Shown here in pieces: positions 34,752 through 44,269 of a DNA stretch of 64,000 nt. The DNA lies in IMG/VR virus record IMGVR_UViG_3300047160_035999, positions 5,059-69,058 of that record; one strand, 5' to 3'. The notes beneath the pieces are model-generated. The model ran no database searches and was not told the DNA's origin. It saw only the letters and a list, made by a program, of their open reading frames with translations. This DNA comes from a virus. Both the position numbers and the translations under genes were made by a program. How positions within the stretch are numbered: the stretch's first letter is position 1; the number at the start of each line of letters is the position of its first letter.

Positions 34752-35532
34752 GCGCGTGCTCCGGCCGGTGCACGCCAATCGCGGCATCGAGGCGCGGTAC
34801 CGCAAGCAACTGGTCGACTTGGTCGACGAGATGAACCGCTCCATCCTCTACTGGCTCAGGGCGGCCTACCGCGCCAACCCACCGGTGATGGCGCAGGACC
34901 GCAACCCGGCGCAGGAGCTGCGAGCCGCGGTGCGCAAGCTCGCAGCCCGCTGGCAGCGCAATTTCGACGACGCGGCCAAAAACCTAGCGGAGTATTTTGC
35001 GACATCGGTGCGATCGCGCAGCGACGCGGCGCTGCGCAAGATCCTGCGCGACGGTGGTTTCACGGTGAAGTTCACCATGACGCCGGCGATGAAGGACGTG
35101 TTGGACGCGACGATCGCCGAGCAGGTCTCGCTGATAAAGTCCATCCCGCAGCAGTACCTGACCCAGGTCGAGGGCATCGTGATGCGGTCGGTGCAGACCG
35201 GGCGCGACCTCGGGCAGGTGACCAAGGACCTTCAGGAACAGTTCGGCGTGACGAAGCGGCGCGCCGCCGCGATCGCGCGCGACCAGAACAACAAGGCGAC
35301 CGCATCGATGACGCGCGTGCGTCAGATGCAGGTCGGCATCACCGAGGCCATCTGGGTTCACTCGGGCGGCGGCAAGCACCCTCGGCCCACGCATGTGGCG
35401 GCGGGACGAAGCAAGGAACGGTACGACGTTACGAAGGGCTGGTTCGATCCGGCCGTCGGGAAGCACATCTTCCCGGGCGAGCTCATCAACTGCCGGTGCA
35501 TCTCGAAGCCGGTCATCAAGGGATTCTCATGA
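34711..35532 (+). CDS. Head morphogenesis protein (SPP1 gp7/Mu F family)
   Basis: RRA..IARDQ.NKA; W.HS.G...PRP.H; PGE.INCRC. Confidence 0.88.
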   Translation: MASTARAKKNRQNERVLRPVHANRGIEARYRKQLVDLVDEMNRSILYWLRAAYRANPPVMAQDRNPAQELRAAVRKLAARWQRNFDDAAKNLAEYFATSVRSRSDAALRKILRDGGFTVKFTMTPAMKDVLDATIAEQVSLIKSIPQQYLTQVEGIVMRSVQTGRDLGQVTKDLQEQFGVTKRRAAAIARDQNNKATASMTRVRQMQVGITEAIWVHSGGGKHPRPTHVAAGRSKERYDVTKGWFDPAVGKHIFPGELINCRCISKPVIKGFS

Positions 35533-35861
35533 GCCAGGCCAGCGCCATCCTTCGCCGCGGCGTCGCCGGGTTCTTCCACTGGTGCCCGGCCTGCCAGGAA
35601 ATGCACCCGCTTCCGGACAGTTGGACCTTCAATCGCGATGTCGAAAGGCCGACCTTTTCGCCGAGCTTCAAGCAGACCTTCACGCATTGGCCCGACCGCA
35701 ACGATGTAACCCGCGGCGAGGAGCGCGTCTGCCACTACTTCATTTGCGATGGCCAGATCCAGTTTTGCTTCGACAGCTGGCACAAGCGCAGCGACGTCGT
35801 CGCGATGCCACAGATTCCGGCCCATCTGCGAGACACCTTCAGTCACGAAACCCAGGACTAG
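35529..35861 (+). CDS. DUF6527-like Cys/His protein
   Basis: CPAC.E.H; WTFN.D.E.PTFSPS; CHYFI.DG.I.FC.DS.H. Confidence 0.7.
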   Translation: MSQASAILRRGVAGFFHWCPACQEMHPLPDSWTFNRDVERPTFSPSFKQTFTHWPDRNDVTRGEERVCHYFICDGQIQFCFDSWHKRSDVVAMPQIPAHLRDTFSHETQD

Positions 35862-35865
35862 TTTC

Positions 35866-36129
35866 ATGCGTACCGTTGCCAGCATCGCCCTCGCCTGCCT
35901 TCTCTCCACCTCCGCCCTCGCGCAGCAGCCGACCGACAAGGTCAAGCTCGAGGTGACGCGCGCTGATCTCCAGATCATCGGCCAGGGTCTCATGGAACTG
36001 CCCTACAAGACCTCAGCACCCGTGCTCAATACGTTGCAGCAGCAATTGCTGGCGGCGGATCGTCCTGTCCCGCCGCCGACGCCGACCGAGCCGGAAAAGA
36101 AGCCGGCGGACGAGCCCGCCAAACAATAG
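35866..36129 (+). CDS. Small secreted protein
   Basis: Signal peptide MRTVASIALACLLSTSALA-Q. Confidence 0.6.
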   Translation: MRTVASIALACLLSTSALAQQPTDKVKLEVTRADLQIIGQGLMELPYKTSAPVLNTLQQQLLAADRPVPPPTPTEPEKKPADEPAKQ

Positions 36130-36139
36130 GGTACGTGAA

Positions 36140-38170
36140 ATGCCGAGCGTGTCGAAGGCGCAGCACAACGCCATGGAGGCGGCTGCGCACGGACACTCCA
36201 ACCTCGGCATTCCGAAGAAAGTCGGCGAGGAATTTGTCGCCGCCGATGCGGTGAACGGCAACGCCGCCGGCGTGCTGTTCGTCGCGAATGACGGCGATGT
36301 CCTGCTGATGCGCCGCTCCGCCGATGAGAAGAATTACGGCGGCTGGTGGGGCCTTCCGGGCGGCAAGGCCGAGGACGGCGAGGAGCCGATCGCGGCCGCG
36401 CGCCGCGAAACGCTCGAAGAGACCGGATTCGATTGCGAAGATCGCCTGTTCAAGGCGTTCGACAGCGTCGTGACGCCGGGCAAGATGGCGTTCCATACCT
36501 ATACCTGCGGCGTGGATGAGAAATTCACGCCGAAGATGGAAGACGGCGAGCACACCGGAGCCGCCTGGTTCTCACTCGATGGCCTGCCCGCGACGACACA
36601 CCCGGGAGTGGTCCGCGCGATCAAGGATCGCCTGTCGATAGCCGACGACATGACACCGGAGGACTGGAAGGGGCTGCGCGATGGATTCGCAAAATGGACC
36701 CGCGAGGAAGAGCGCGAGCCGGAGCACCGCGCGTTTGATGCGCGCGAGACGATCGCCTTCGACCGATCCGGATCCGTGCGATCCTATGACGGTGACGGCA
36801 GGCTGCACGTGGCCAGGACCCACATCAGCAAGGCGAACGTCTGCGAATATCTCGGCGGCGAGATTCCGGACTTCGAAAAGCTGGGGCTCAAACCTGACAA
36901 GCTCTACAAGCTCTGGCGTCATCCGGAGGAACTGGAGAGGGCGGCCGACAGCTTCAACAACTTGCCGCTTCTCTCTCGTCATGTCCCCGTCGATGCCTCG
37001 GACCACCGCCCCCACCTGGTGATCGGCTCTTTCGGCACCGATGCCGAGTTTAGGGACGGCTATCTCGACAATTCGATGATCGTCTGGGCCGGGGAAGGCA
37101 TCCGCGACATCGAAGACGAAATCAAGCAGGAATTGTCCAGCGCCTATCGATACCGCGCGGACATGACGCCCGGCCGCACGCCGGAGGGCGAAGAATACGA
37201 CGGCGTCATGCGCGACATCGTCGGCAACCACGTTGCACTCGTCAAGGAAGGCAGAGCCGGGCCAGACGTCCTGGTTGCCGACAGCAAGGAGACACTGAAC
37301 ATGGCGAAAGTCCGCATGACCCGTACCGGTGCCGCTGTCCGTAGCGTCATCGCCCTGCACATCAAACCGCGCCTGGCGCAGGACGCCAGCCTCGATCTGC
37401 GGCCGATCCTGGCGAAGCTCACCTCGAAGAATTTCGCCCAGCAGAAGCCGACCATCCTTGCCGGAATCAACAGGGCCGCCAAGGGCAAGCTTGCGAAGGA
37501 CGCCTCGATCGAGGATGTCGCCACCCTGATCGATGCGCTCGAAAAGGCGCCGATCGCGGAAGGCGACGACGAGCTCGACGTCGGCGATCTCGAGGAAGAG
37601 ACGATGGATTCCGAGGAGCATGGCGGCATCCATGAATTCCTCAAGGGCAAGCTCGGCGAGGACGATTTCCGGAAGGCCTGTGACATGCTCAAGGCCGGCC
37701 CGCACGGTGCCCACGACGAGGAAGACGAAGACGAGGAAGAGAAGAAGCGGAAGGAAAGGGAGCGCGAGGAAAAGATGGCCGGGGATGTCGAGAAGGCGGT
37801 CGCCGAGAAGACCAAGGACATGGTCGACAAGAAGGCGATGGACCAGGCGATCGGCGCCGCGGTCAAGACGGAACGCCAGCGCAACCAGGACATCGCCGAT
37901 GCCCGCGAGGAGGTTCGCCCCTTCGTCGGCGCACTCAAGCAGGCCTTCGACAGCGCCGAGGGGGTGTTCCAGGCCGCTCTTGGCGTCCTCGGTGTCGCCG
38001 ATGCCGACAAGATCACCGGCGTTCCGGCGCTGAAGGCCGTCCTGAAGGCGCAGCGTCCGACCGGCGCGGGCCCCGTCCTACCCAAGCCGGCGATCGCCAC
38101 GGACGCCGCCGTCCAGAAGAGCCTCGCCGAGCGCTTCCCGCACGCGGCCAGGATCGGCATCAGCGCTTAA
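36140..38170 (+). CDS. Nudix hydrolase fused to DUF2213 (capsid maturation protease/scaffold)
   Basis: Nudix box GG.AEDGEEP..AARRE.LEETG; DUF2213 motifs ELSS.Y.Y..D..PG and I.GNHVALV..GRAG.DV; acidic scaffold tail. Confidence 0.85.
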   Translation: MPSVSKAQHNAMEAAAHGHSNLGIPKKVGEEFVAADAVNGNAAGVLFVANDGDVLLMRRSADEKNYGGWWGLPGGKAEDGEEPIAAARRETLEETGFDCEDRLFKAFDSVVTPGKMAFHTYTCGVDEKFTPKMEDGEHTGAAWFSLDGLPATTHPGVVRAIKDRLSIADDMTPEDWKGLRDGFAKWTREEEREPEHRAFDARETIAFDRSGSVRSYDGDGRLHVARTHISKANVCEYLGGEIPDFEKLGLKPDKLYKLWRHPEELERAADSFNNLPLLSRHVPVDASDHRPHLVIGSFGTDAEFRDGYLDNSMIVWAGEGIRDIEDEIKQELSSAYRYRADMTPGRTPEGEEYDGVMRDIVGNHVALVKEGRAGPDVLVADSKETLNMAKVRMTRTGAAVRSVIALHIKPRLAQDASLDLRPILAKLTSKNFAQQKPTILAGINRAAKGKLAKDASIEDVATLIDALEKAPIAEGDDELDVGDLEEETMDSEEHGGIHEFLKGKLGEDDFRKACDMLKAGPHGAHDEEDEDEEEKKRKEREREEKMAGDVEKAVAEKTKDMVDKKAMDQAIGAAVKTERQRNQDIADAREEVRPFVGALKQAFDSAEGVFQAALGVLGVADADKITGVPALKAVLKAQRPTGAGPVLPKPAIATDAAVQKSLAERFPHAARIGISA

Positions 38171-38251
38171 GCCCGCCCCTTCACCTTTGAGCCAACCCAA
38201 GCCGGCGCGCAGATAGCCGCCGGCAACGAACCCTCCTGAAAGGAACATCCG

Positions 38252-39220
38252 ATGACTGGTGGTGGTTTTCAGACGGCGGTCACCGTTCAGCCGGCAATCG
38301 GCGTCGAAGGTGACTTTGCCAGTGCCAATCCGCGCTTTTCCGTGATCGCCGGCGCCGGCGCCTTCGTCTGCGGCGCTGCCGGCGTGCGCGTCGGCCGCTT
38401 TGCCTGGGCGAGCATGGCCGCGGTCGACGACGTCGGCGGTCCCGCGATCGTCAATAACTTCGGCTCCGGGCCCGTGACGGGCTTCGTGCACCGCGAGCAG
38501 CAGGGCCTGATCACCCAGTACCTGCAGAACGCGAGCATGCTGGTACCGGCCGGCTTCGGCATCACGTTGATGAACGGCGGTGACTTCGTCGTGCGCAATG
38601 CCGGATCGGGCCAGGCGCTGATCAATCAGAAGGCCTATGCCATCTTCGCGGACGGCTCGGTGCGCTTCGGCGCGACCGGGTCTCCGGATTCGGGTGGCAC
38701 CTCGACCGCCTCGACGATCGCGGCCGGCACCAGCTCGTTCACCGGCTCCATCACCGGCAACCTCATGACGGTGACCGCGGTCGGCAGCGGCACGCTCTAC
38801 AACGGCACCCAGATCTCCGGCACGAACGTCGCATCCGGCTCGGCCATCGTGTCTCAGGTCCTCCCGCTGCTGGCCGGCGAAGCGCTCCGCGGCATCGGGC
38901 GCTACAATGTGAACATTCCGGAGCAGTCGGCCGCCTCCACCACGATCAGCGGAACCTACGGCCTGCTGACGATCGGCGGTACGGTGGGCGGCACCTTCGG
39001 CATCGGCCAGCCGGTCTCCGGCGGCGGCACGTCGGCTGGTACGGTCATCACCGACCTCGGCACCGGCACCGGCGGCGCCGGAACCTACATCGTCAACAAT
39101 ACCCAGACGGTGGGATCGGGCGCGCTCAACACCGCGCTCGACGTCGAGACCAAGTGGTACGCGATGAGCCCGGGTCTTGCCGGCGAGCTCGTCAAGATCA
39201 GCGATCACCCGCTCGGCTGA
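38252..39220 (+). CDS. Head decoration/cement protein with two inserted beta-rich modules
   Basis: FQT.V..QPA.GVEGDFAS.NP; directly before the major capsid gene. Confidence 0.7.
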   Translation: MTGGGFQTAVTVQPAIGVEGDFASANPRFSVIAGAGAFVCGAAGVRVGRFAWASMAAVDDVGGPAIVNNFGSGPVTGFVHREQQGLITQYLQNASMLVPAGFGITLMNGGDFVVRNAGSGQALINQKAYAIFADGSVRFGATGSPDSGGTSTASTIAAGTSSFTGSITGNLMTVTAVGSGTLYNGTQISGTNVASGSAIVSQVLPLLAGEALRGIGRYNVNIPEQSAASTTISGTYGLLTIGGTVGGTFGIGQPVSGGGTSAGTVITDLGTGTGGAGTYIVNNTQTVGSGALNTALDVETKWYAMSPGLAGELVKISDHPLG

Positions 39221-39293
39221 TAGCTGATCGGCCCTCACCTCCTCCAACCAAGTCGAAACTGAGCCGAGCCCTTCTCGGCCGAAGGAGCATCAT

Positions 39294-40391
39294 ATGTACG
39301 GTTCTCTCCAGGAAGCGATGGATGCATTCGCGCGCGAGAAGGCGTTCTTCGCGGACCGCGGCATCTCCCTGCCCGACACGGTGCGCTGCTACGCGACCGA
39401 CGAGCTGAAGCGCAACTATCTCGCGATGGATGCGCAGCCGGCGCTGCAGACCGATCCAAACACCGGCATCCCGTCGTGGCTGTCGACTTTCATCGATCCG
39501 GATGTCTACAACATCCTGTTCGCGCCGACCGAGGCTGCCGAGATCGTCGGCGAGGAGCGCAAGGGCAACTGGACGACGACGACGGCCATGTTCCCGACCG
39601 TCGAGCATACGGTCGAGGTGTCGACCTATGGCGACTTCAACGAGAACGGCCGCGCCTCGGTGAACACCAACTGGCCCCAGCGCCAGTCGTACAACTTCCA
39701 GGTCATGATGGAGTACGGCGATCGCGAGATCGAGATGGCGGGCCTCGGCCGGGTGAACTGGATCAGCTCGCTCGATGCCGCGGCGGCCGACGGTCTCAAC
39801 CGCTTCCAGAACCTGTCCTACTTTTACGGCGTCTCCGGCCTCCAGTGCTTCGGTCTCTTCAACGATCCGAACCTCGGCGCGCCGCTGTCGCCGGCGCCGA
39901 AGGCCAACGGCGGGACTGCCTGGTTCACGGCGGACGGTCATCCCAACGCGACGGCGAACGAGGTATACAACGACATCGTCGCGCTGTACGAGAACATCGT
40001 GAACAACAACCTCGGCCTCGTGAACAAGAAGTCGCCGATGGTGCTGGGGCTGTCGCCGGGATCCGAAGTCGCCCTCACCTTCACGAACTCGTTCAACGTG
40101 AACGTCGAGGACCTGCTGAAGAAGAACTTCCCGAACCTGCGCATCCAGACCGCCGTCCAATATGGCGCGCAGACGCCGGCCAATCCGCAAGGTGTGCCCG
40201 CCGGCAACTTCATGCAGCTGATCGTGGAGAAGATCAAAGGCCAGAAGACCGCCTATTGCGCCTTCACCGAGAAGCTCAAGGCATTCCCGATCATCCGCGC
40301 CGCCTCCTCGTTCAAGCAGAAGAAGATGGGTGGCACGTTCGGCGCCATCATCCGCATGCCGGTGGCGTTCTCCTCGATGCTCGGCATCTAG
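39294..40391 (+). CDS. Major capsid protein, DUF2184 family
   Basis: KG.W.......P.VE..G..STYGD...G....N.N.P.RQSY; N..YF.GV.GL..FG..NDP. Confidence 0.88.
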   Translation: MYGSLQEAMDAFAREKAFFADRGISLPDTVRCYATDELKRNYLAMDAQPALQTDPNTGIPSWLSTFIDPDVYNILFAPTEAAEIVGEERKGNWTTTTAMFPTVEHTVEVSTYGDFNENGRASVNTNWPQRQSYNFQVMMEYGDREIEMAGLGRVNWISSLDAAAADGLNRFQNLSYFYGVSGLQCFGLFNDPNLGAPLSPAPKANGGTAWFTADGHPNATANEVYNDIVALYENIVNNNLGLVNKKSPMVLGLSPGSEVALTFTNSFNVNVEDLLKKNFPNLRIQTAVQYGAQTPANPQGVPAGNFMQLIVEKIKGQKTAYCAFTEKLKAFPIIRAASSFKQKKMGGTFGAIIRMPVAFSSMLGI

Positions 40392-40439
40392 CGCCGGGCA
40401 TCCCACCTCTTTTCCCAAAACCAGCCAGGAGTTCCTGAA

Positions 40440-40955
40440 ATGTCAGATGCCGCCCCGGCGGGGACCAATGTCGGTTCCCGCGTCGTGACTGTTGCCTGCA
40501 AGCTGCCGCACGGCATCAAGATCAGGGATCACCGGAAGTCCACCACGCACGAACCGGTCATGGGCGGCGGCTCGCGCAAGGTGGAAGTGTTCCGGCCTGT
40601 CGGGCCTACCTACCGCATCAAGGGCCAGAACGTGCCCGAGGCACTTAAGCCGTTTGTCGAAGTTGTCGGAGGGTATGCGATCACGCAGGGCATGCCGGCC
40701 GAGATCTTCGAGCGCTGGATGCGCTGGAACGAGGAAGCGCCCTACGTCAAGAACAACCTGATCTTCGGGTCGGAGAACGCCGATGAGGTCCGCGGCAAGG
40801 CGCGCGAGTTCGCCGCGCTCACGACCGGAATGGAAGCGCTTGACACCAGGATGAAGATGAACGCCGAGGGCCGCATGGAATTCGTCGACCAGCGGATCAA
40901 GGAAGCCGGCCTCAGCCAGATTGTCGATGGCAAGCTCGAGCTCAGCCTGACCTGA
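40440..40955 (+). CDS. Hypothetical virion-region protein
   Basis: VTVACKLPHG motif typical of this phage group; follows the capsid gene. Confidence 0.65.
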   Translation: MSDAAPAGTNVGSRVVTVACKLPHGIKIRDHRKSTTHEPVMGGGSRKVEVFRPVGPTYRIKGQNVPEALKPFVEVVGGYAITQGMPAEIFERWMRWNEEAPYVKNNLIFGSENADEVRGKAREFAALTTGMEALDTRMKMNAEGRMEFVDQRIKEAGLSQIVDGKLELSLT

Positions 40956-40977
40956 ACGTCATCGAGAGGATCGATCC

Positions 40978-41418
40978 ATGGGCGTGGTTGTCCAGTTCAA
41001 CTACGCTCAATGGGCTGCGATCTATCCGGAGTTCAACAACACGGTCAGCGCGCCACAGGCGCAAGAATATTTTCAGCTTGCGACTTCGGTCCATCGCAAC
41101 GACGGCGGCGGACCGGTGAACGACGCCGATCAGCAGCTTGCGTTGCTCAACATGCTGACGGCGCACGTCGCCGCGCTGATGGCGCCGGCGACCGCCGGCG
41201 GCCAGGCAAGCAGCATCGTCGGGCGCATTAGCGGCGCGGCCGAAGGTTCGGTGTCGGTCCAGACGGCCTATTCGAACAACGTCTCCCAGCAGATGGCCTG
41301 GTTCATCCAGACCAAATACGGCGCGATGTATTGGACGGCGACCGCGCCGTTCCGGACCATGCGCTACCTCCCGAACAGGAATCGAGGCGTCGTCGGCCCG
41401 CCGGGCTTCGGCGTCTGA
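40978..41418 (+). CDS. DUF4054 head-tail connector
   Basis: F....W...YPEF; LL..LTAHV..L; GR...A.EGSVSV; W..QT.YG..YW. Confidence 0.85.
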   Translation: MGVVVQFNYAQWAAIYPEFNNTVSAPQAQEYFQLATSVHRNDGGGPVNDADQQLALLNMLTAHVAALMAPATAGGQASSIVGRISGAAEGSVSVQTAYSNNVSQQMAWFIQTKYGAMYWTATAPFRTMRYLPNRNRGVVGPPGFGV

Positions 41419-41435
41419 AGCAGCAGGAGTAGACA

Positions 41436-41945
41436 ATGGACGTCGACGCAATCGGCAAACATGTGAGCGGCCTTTTGGCTTTCAAGAAGCGGGTTGAGGC
41501 GATCATCGACGCCGCCGAGGGCGGCGAGACGACCGCCGCGGAAGCACTGAGCGGCCGGATCGACGAGCTTAGCAGGAAGGTCGGCGACCTCGACGTGCGC
41601 GTGACGTCAAAGCTCGAGCAGGTCCTTGGTGACATCGAGGAGAAGCTGGCCGGTGTTGCCCTTATGCTCACCTGGTTCGAGGAGAATCGCGCGGCGCTCG
41701 ATGTGGTCCTGTCGATGGGCGACGATCTCGCCACGACGATCAGCGACGGCGCCGCGCAGGAGGAAAAGCCGGCCGTCGTGACCATCACCGCCCAGGCGCC
41801 GGAAGGCTCGGCGGAGGCCTCGGTCAACGAGACCGTCAATCCCCCGCTGCCAGAGGGCGTGAGCGCCACGACGGAGCCTGTCGCAGTACCGGACGCAGTA
41901 TCCGTGACCACACCGGCCCCCGAGGCCGAAACGCCGGCGATCTGA
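41436..41945 (+). CDS. Hypothetical acidic/coiled-coil protein
   Basis: RBS AGGAG; TGATG-coupled to the next gene. Confidence 0.6.
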   Translation: MDVDAIGKHVSGLLAFKKRVEAIIDAAEGGETTAAEALSGRIDELSRKVGDLDVRVTSKLEQVLGDIEEKLAGVALMLTWFEENRAALDVVLSMGDDLATTISDGAAQEEKPAVVTITAQAPEGSAEASVNETVNPPLPEGVSATTEPVAVPDAVSVTTPAPEAETPAI

Positions 41946-42388
41946 TGGCCTCGATCCGCGGCGGCGACCGCCTGGCCATGGCCCTGAGCAAGATTGCGCA
42001 GGGCCTGTCTAACGGCGGCATGCTGCGGGTCGGATTCCTGGAAGGCGCCACGGGCCCGGACGGCGATCCGATCGCGCTTCGCGCGGCCATGAACGAGTTC
42101 GGAACGCGGCACATCCCGGCCCGCCCCTTCTTCCGCAATATGGTCGAGGAGAAGAGCCCGGAGTGGCCGGAGGGCATCGCCACCCAGCTGAAGGCCAACG
42201 ATTTCGACGCCGGCCGCGCGCTCGAGGTCACCGGCCACGCCATCAAGAGCCAGATCCAGCAGTCCATCAAGGACACCAATTCCCCGCCGCTAGCGCCGTC
42301 CACGGTGAAGCGGAAAGGCTTCGACAAGCCGCTGATCGAAACCGGCGACATGATCAACGCCGTCGATTTCGAGGTCAAATCCGACTAG
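41945..42388 (+). CDS. Neck/tail completion protein
   Basis: LRVGFL; EFGT..IPARPFFR; PPLA.ST..RKG..KPLI.TG.M. Confidence 0.8.
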   Translation: MASIRGGDRLAMALSKIAQGLSNGGMLRVGFLEGATGPDGDPIALRAAMNEFGTRHIPARPFFRNMVEEKSPEWPEGIATQLKANDFDAGRALEVTGHAIKSQIQQSIKDTNSPPLAPSTVKRKGFDKPLIETGDMINAVDFEVKSD

Positions 42389-42407
42389 ACCAAAAGGACC
42401 CCTGCCC

Positions 42408-42929
42408 ATGCGATTCAAACCCAAAGCGTCCGTCATCGCGGCCGCCCTGCTTGCCTCGTCGGTTGCGGCCCTTGCGGCGAATACCACCTTCTTCACGTCG
42501 ATCGGCGATCTGGTTTTCCCCTTCAAGGCGCCCACCGCAAGCGCTCCCGGCACGATCGACAACATGACGATCGGCGCGACCACGCCCGAGGCCGGAAGCT
42601 TCAGCCAGGTCCAGATCGACCAGGGCACCAAGACAGCGACCGCCTCCTCCGGTGCCGCGACGCTCAACAAGGACGCCGGCGTCATCACGTCGGAATCGCT
42701 GAGCACCGCCGCAGGCGCGACCTATACGCTCACCCTCACCGATTCCTCGATCGCTGCGGCCGACCAGGTCATGGCAAGCGTCGCGCTGGGCACGGCGACG
42801 ACCGGAACGCCGGCGATCACGACGGTGAAACCTGCTGCCGGCTCGGTGGTGATCGTGGTGCAGAACATCCATGCCTCCGCGGCGCTCAACGGCACCATCA
42901 AGATCGCGTTCGTCGTTTTCAAGAACTGA
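42408..42929 (+). CDS. Fibre-like protein with N-terminal signal peptide
   Basis: MRFKPKASVIAAALLASSVAALA-A; IDNMTIGATTPEAGSF motif; Thr/Ala/Ser-rich beta domain. Confidence 0.6.
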   Translation: MRFKPKASVIAAALLASSVAALAANTTFFTSIGDLVFPFKAPTASAPGTIDNMTIGATTPEAGSFSQVQIDQGTKTATASSGAATLNKDAGVITSESLSTAAGATYTLTLTDSSIAAADQVMASVALGTATTGTPAITTVKPAAGSVVIVVQNIHASAALNGTIKIAFVVFKN

Positions 42930-42932
42930 ACC

Positions 42933-43310
42933 ATGAACCTGCGCGGGATTGCGAACGGGGTGACCAGCTCGGTCAACCCGAACGTCCCGCTCGTGGTTCA
43001 GATCTCAACCGGATACACGACGGCCGCGAACGGCCAGCGTTCGCCGAGCTACGCCGCTCCGGTGACCGTGCAGGGACAGGTCCAGGCGCTATCGAACAAA
43101 GAGATCCAGCACCTCGACGCCCTCAACATCCAGGATGCGCGCAACGCCATCTACGTCAACGGCCAGCTGAACGGCTTGGTGCGCGAAGAGAACATGGGCG
43201 GAGACCTGATCACCGATCCTGCGGGCAATGTCTGGCTTGTCGCGATCGTCCTCGAAAACTGGCCGGACTGGTGCAAGGTCGCGGTGGTCCGCCAGAACCC
43301 GCAGAGCTGA
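42933..43310 (+). CDS. Head-tail adaptor/stopper
   Basis: MNL..IA.......NP; QVQAL...LQH.D.LN.Q; W.V..V.E.WPDW. Confidence 0.75.
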   Translation: MNLRGIANGVTSSVNPNVPLVVQISTGYTTAANGQRSPSYAAPVTVQGQVQALSNKEIQHLDALNIQDARNAIYVNGQLNGLVREENMGGDLITDPAGNVWLVAIVLENWPDWCKVAVVRQNPQS

Positions 43311-43323
43311 ATGGAGACGACGA

Positions 43324-43668
43324 ATGCTGCGAGGACTTGCGCTTGCCCTCATCGCCGCCTCGATCCCCATGCAGGCCTGCGCCGATAGCGGCATCCGGCG
43401 CGTGGCGTGCGGCTATCAGCAGATCACCTCGCTGTCCTCGGCGCAGAAGCTGACGGTGCCGACCACATGTGGCGGACCGCCGACGCTCGCCGTCATCACC
43501 GCCGAGGCCCAGGCAGTCCGATATCGAGACGACGGAACGTCGCCGACTGCCACCGTCGGGATGCCGCTCGCGACCGGGGTCGCGCTGTCATATGAAGGCA
43601 CGCTGTCCGCCATCCAGTTCATCGAGCAGACTGCCAGCGCCAAACTGAACGTGCTGTTCTACCGGTAG
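43324..43668 (+). CDS. Hypothetical protein with signal peptide
   Basis: MLRGLALALIAASIPMQACA-D; beta-rich mature part. Confidence 0.6.
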   Translation: MLRGLALALIAASIPMQACADSGIRRVACGYQQITSLSSAQKLTVPTTCGGPPTLAVITAEAQAVRYRDDGTSPTATVGMPLATGVALSYEGTLSAIQFIEQTASAKLNVLFYR

Positions 43669-43680
43669 AGCGCGCAGCAA

Positions 43681-44244
43681 ATGCCCTTGTCGGTGTCGCC
43701 GTCGCAATCCGACATCCAGACGGCGCTGCGCGCCTTCCTGCTCTCGATCCTCCCCAGCGGCACCGAAGTGATCGAAGGCCTCGACAATCGGGTGCCGGAG
43801 CCCAAGAAGGCCAATTTCGTCACGATGACGGTTTTGCGCCGGCCGCGCCTCGCGACCAATCTCGACACCTTGAACGATACCGGCGACCAGACCGCGGTGA
43901 CACAATCCACCGAGGTCGTCTTTCAGCTCGACGTCCACAGCGACAACCTGCTCACCGCATCCGACAACGCGCAGCTTATCGCGACCCTGTTCCGCGACGA
44001 TTACGCGACGGACTTCTTCGACGACTATCCCGGCATTACTCCGCTCTATGCCGATGATCCGCGGCTCATTCCGTTCGTCAACGCCGAGAACCAATACGAG
44101 CCTCGATATGCCGTTGAGGCACGATTGCAGGCAGACCAGGTCGTCACCGTGCCGGCGCAGTCGGCCGACAGCCTCTCGCTCGACATCACCAACGTCGAGA
44201 CGGACCCTGCGTCATGGCCGAACTCCACCGTAACCGTACCTTGA
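43681..44244 (+). CDS. Neck/tail terminator protein
   Basis: VI.G.DNRV.EP...FV.M; QLDVH; PLYA.DP...PF.N.E.QYE.R. Confidence 0.75.
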   Translation: MPLSVSPSQSDIQTALRAFLLSILPSGTEVIEGLDNRVPEPKKANFVTMTVLRRPRLATNLDTLNDTGDQTAVTQSTEVVFQLDVHSDNLLTASDNAQLIATLFRDDYATDFFDDYPGITPLYADDPRLIPFVNAENQYEPRYAVEARLQADQVVTVPAQSADSLSLDITNVETDPASWPNSTVTVP

Positions 44245-44269
44245 TGCCATCGATCCGAGGTCACCGCCT

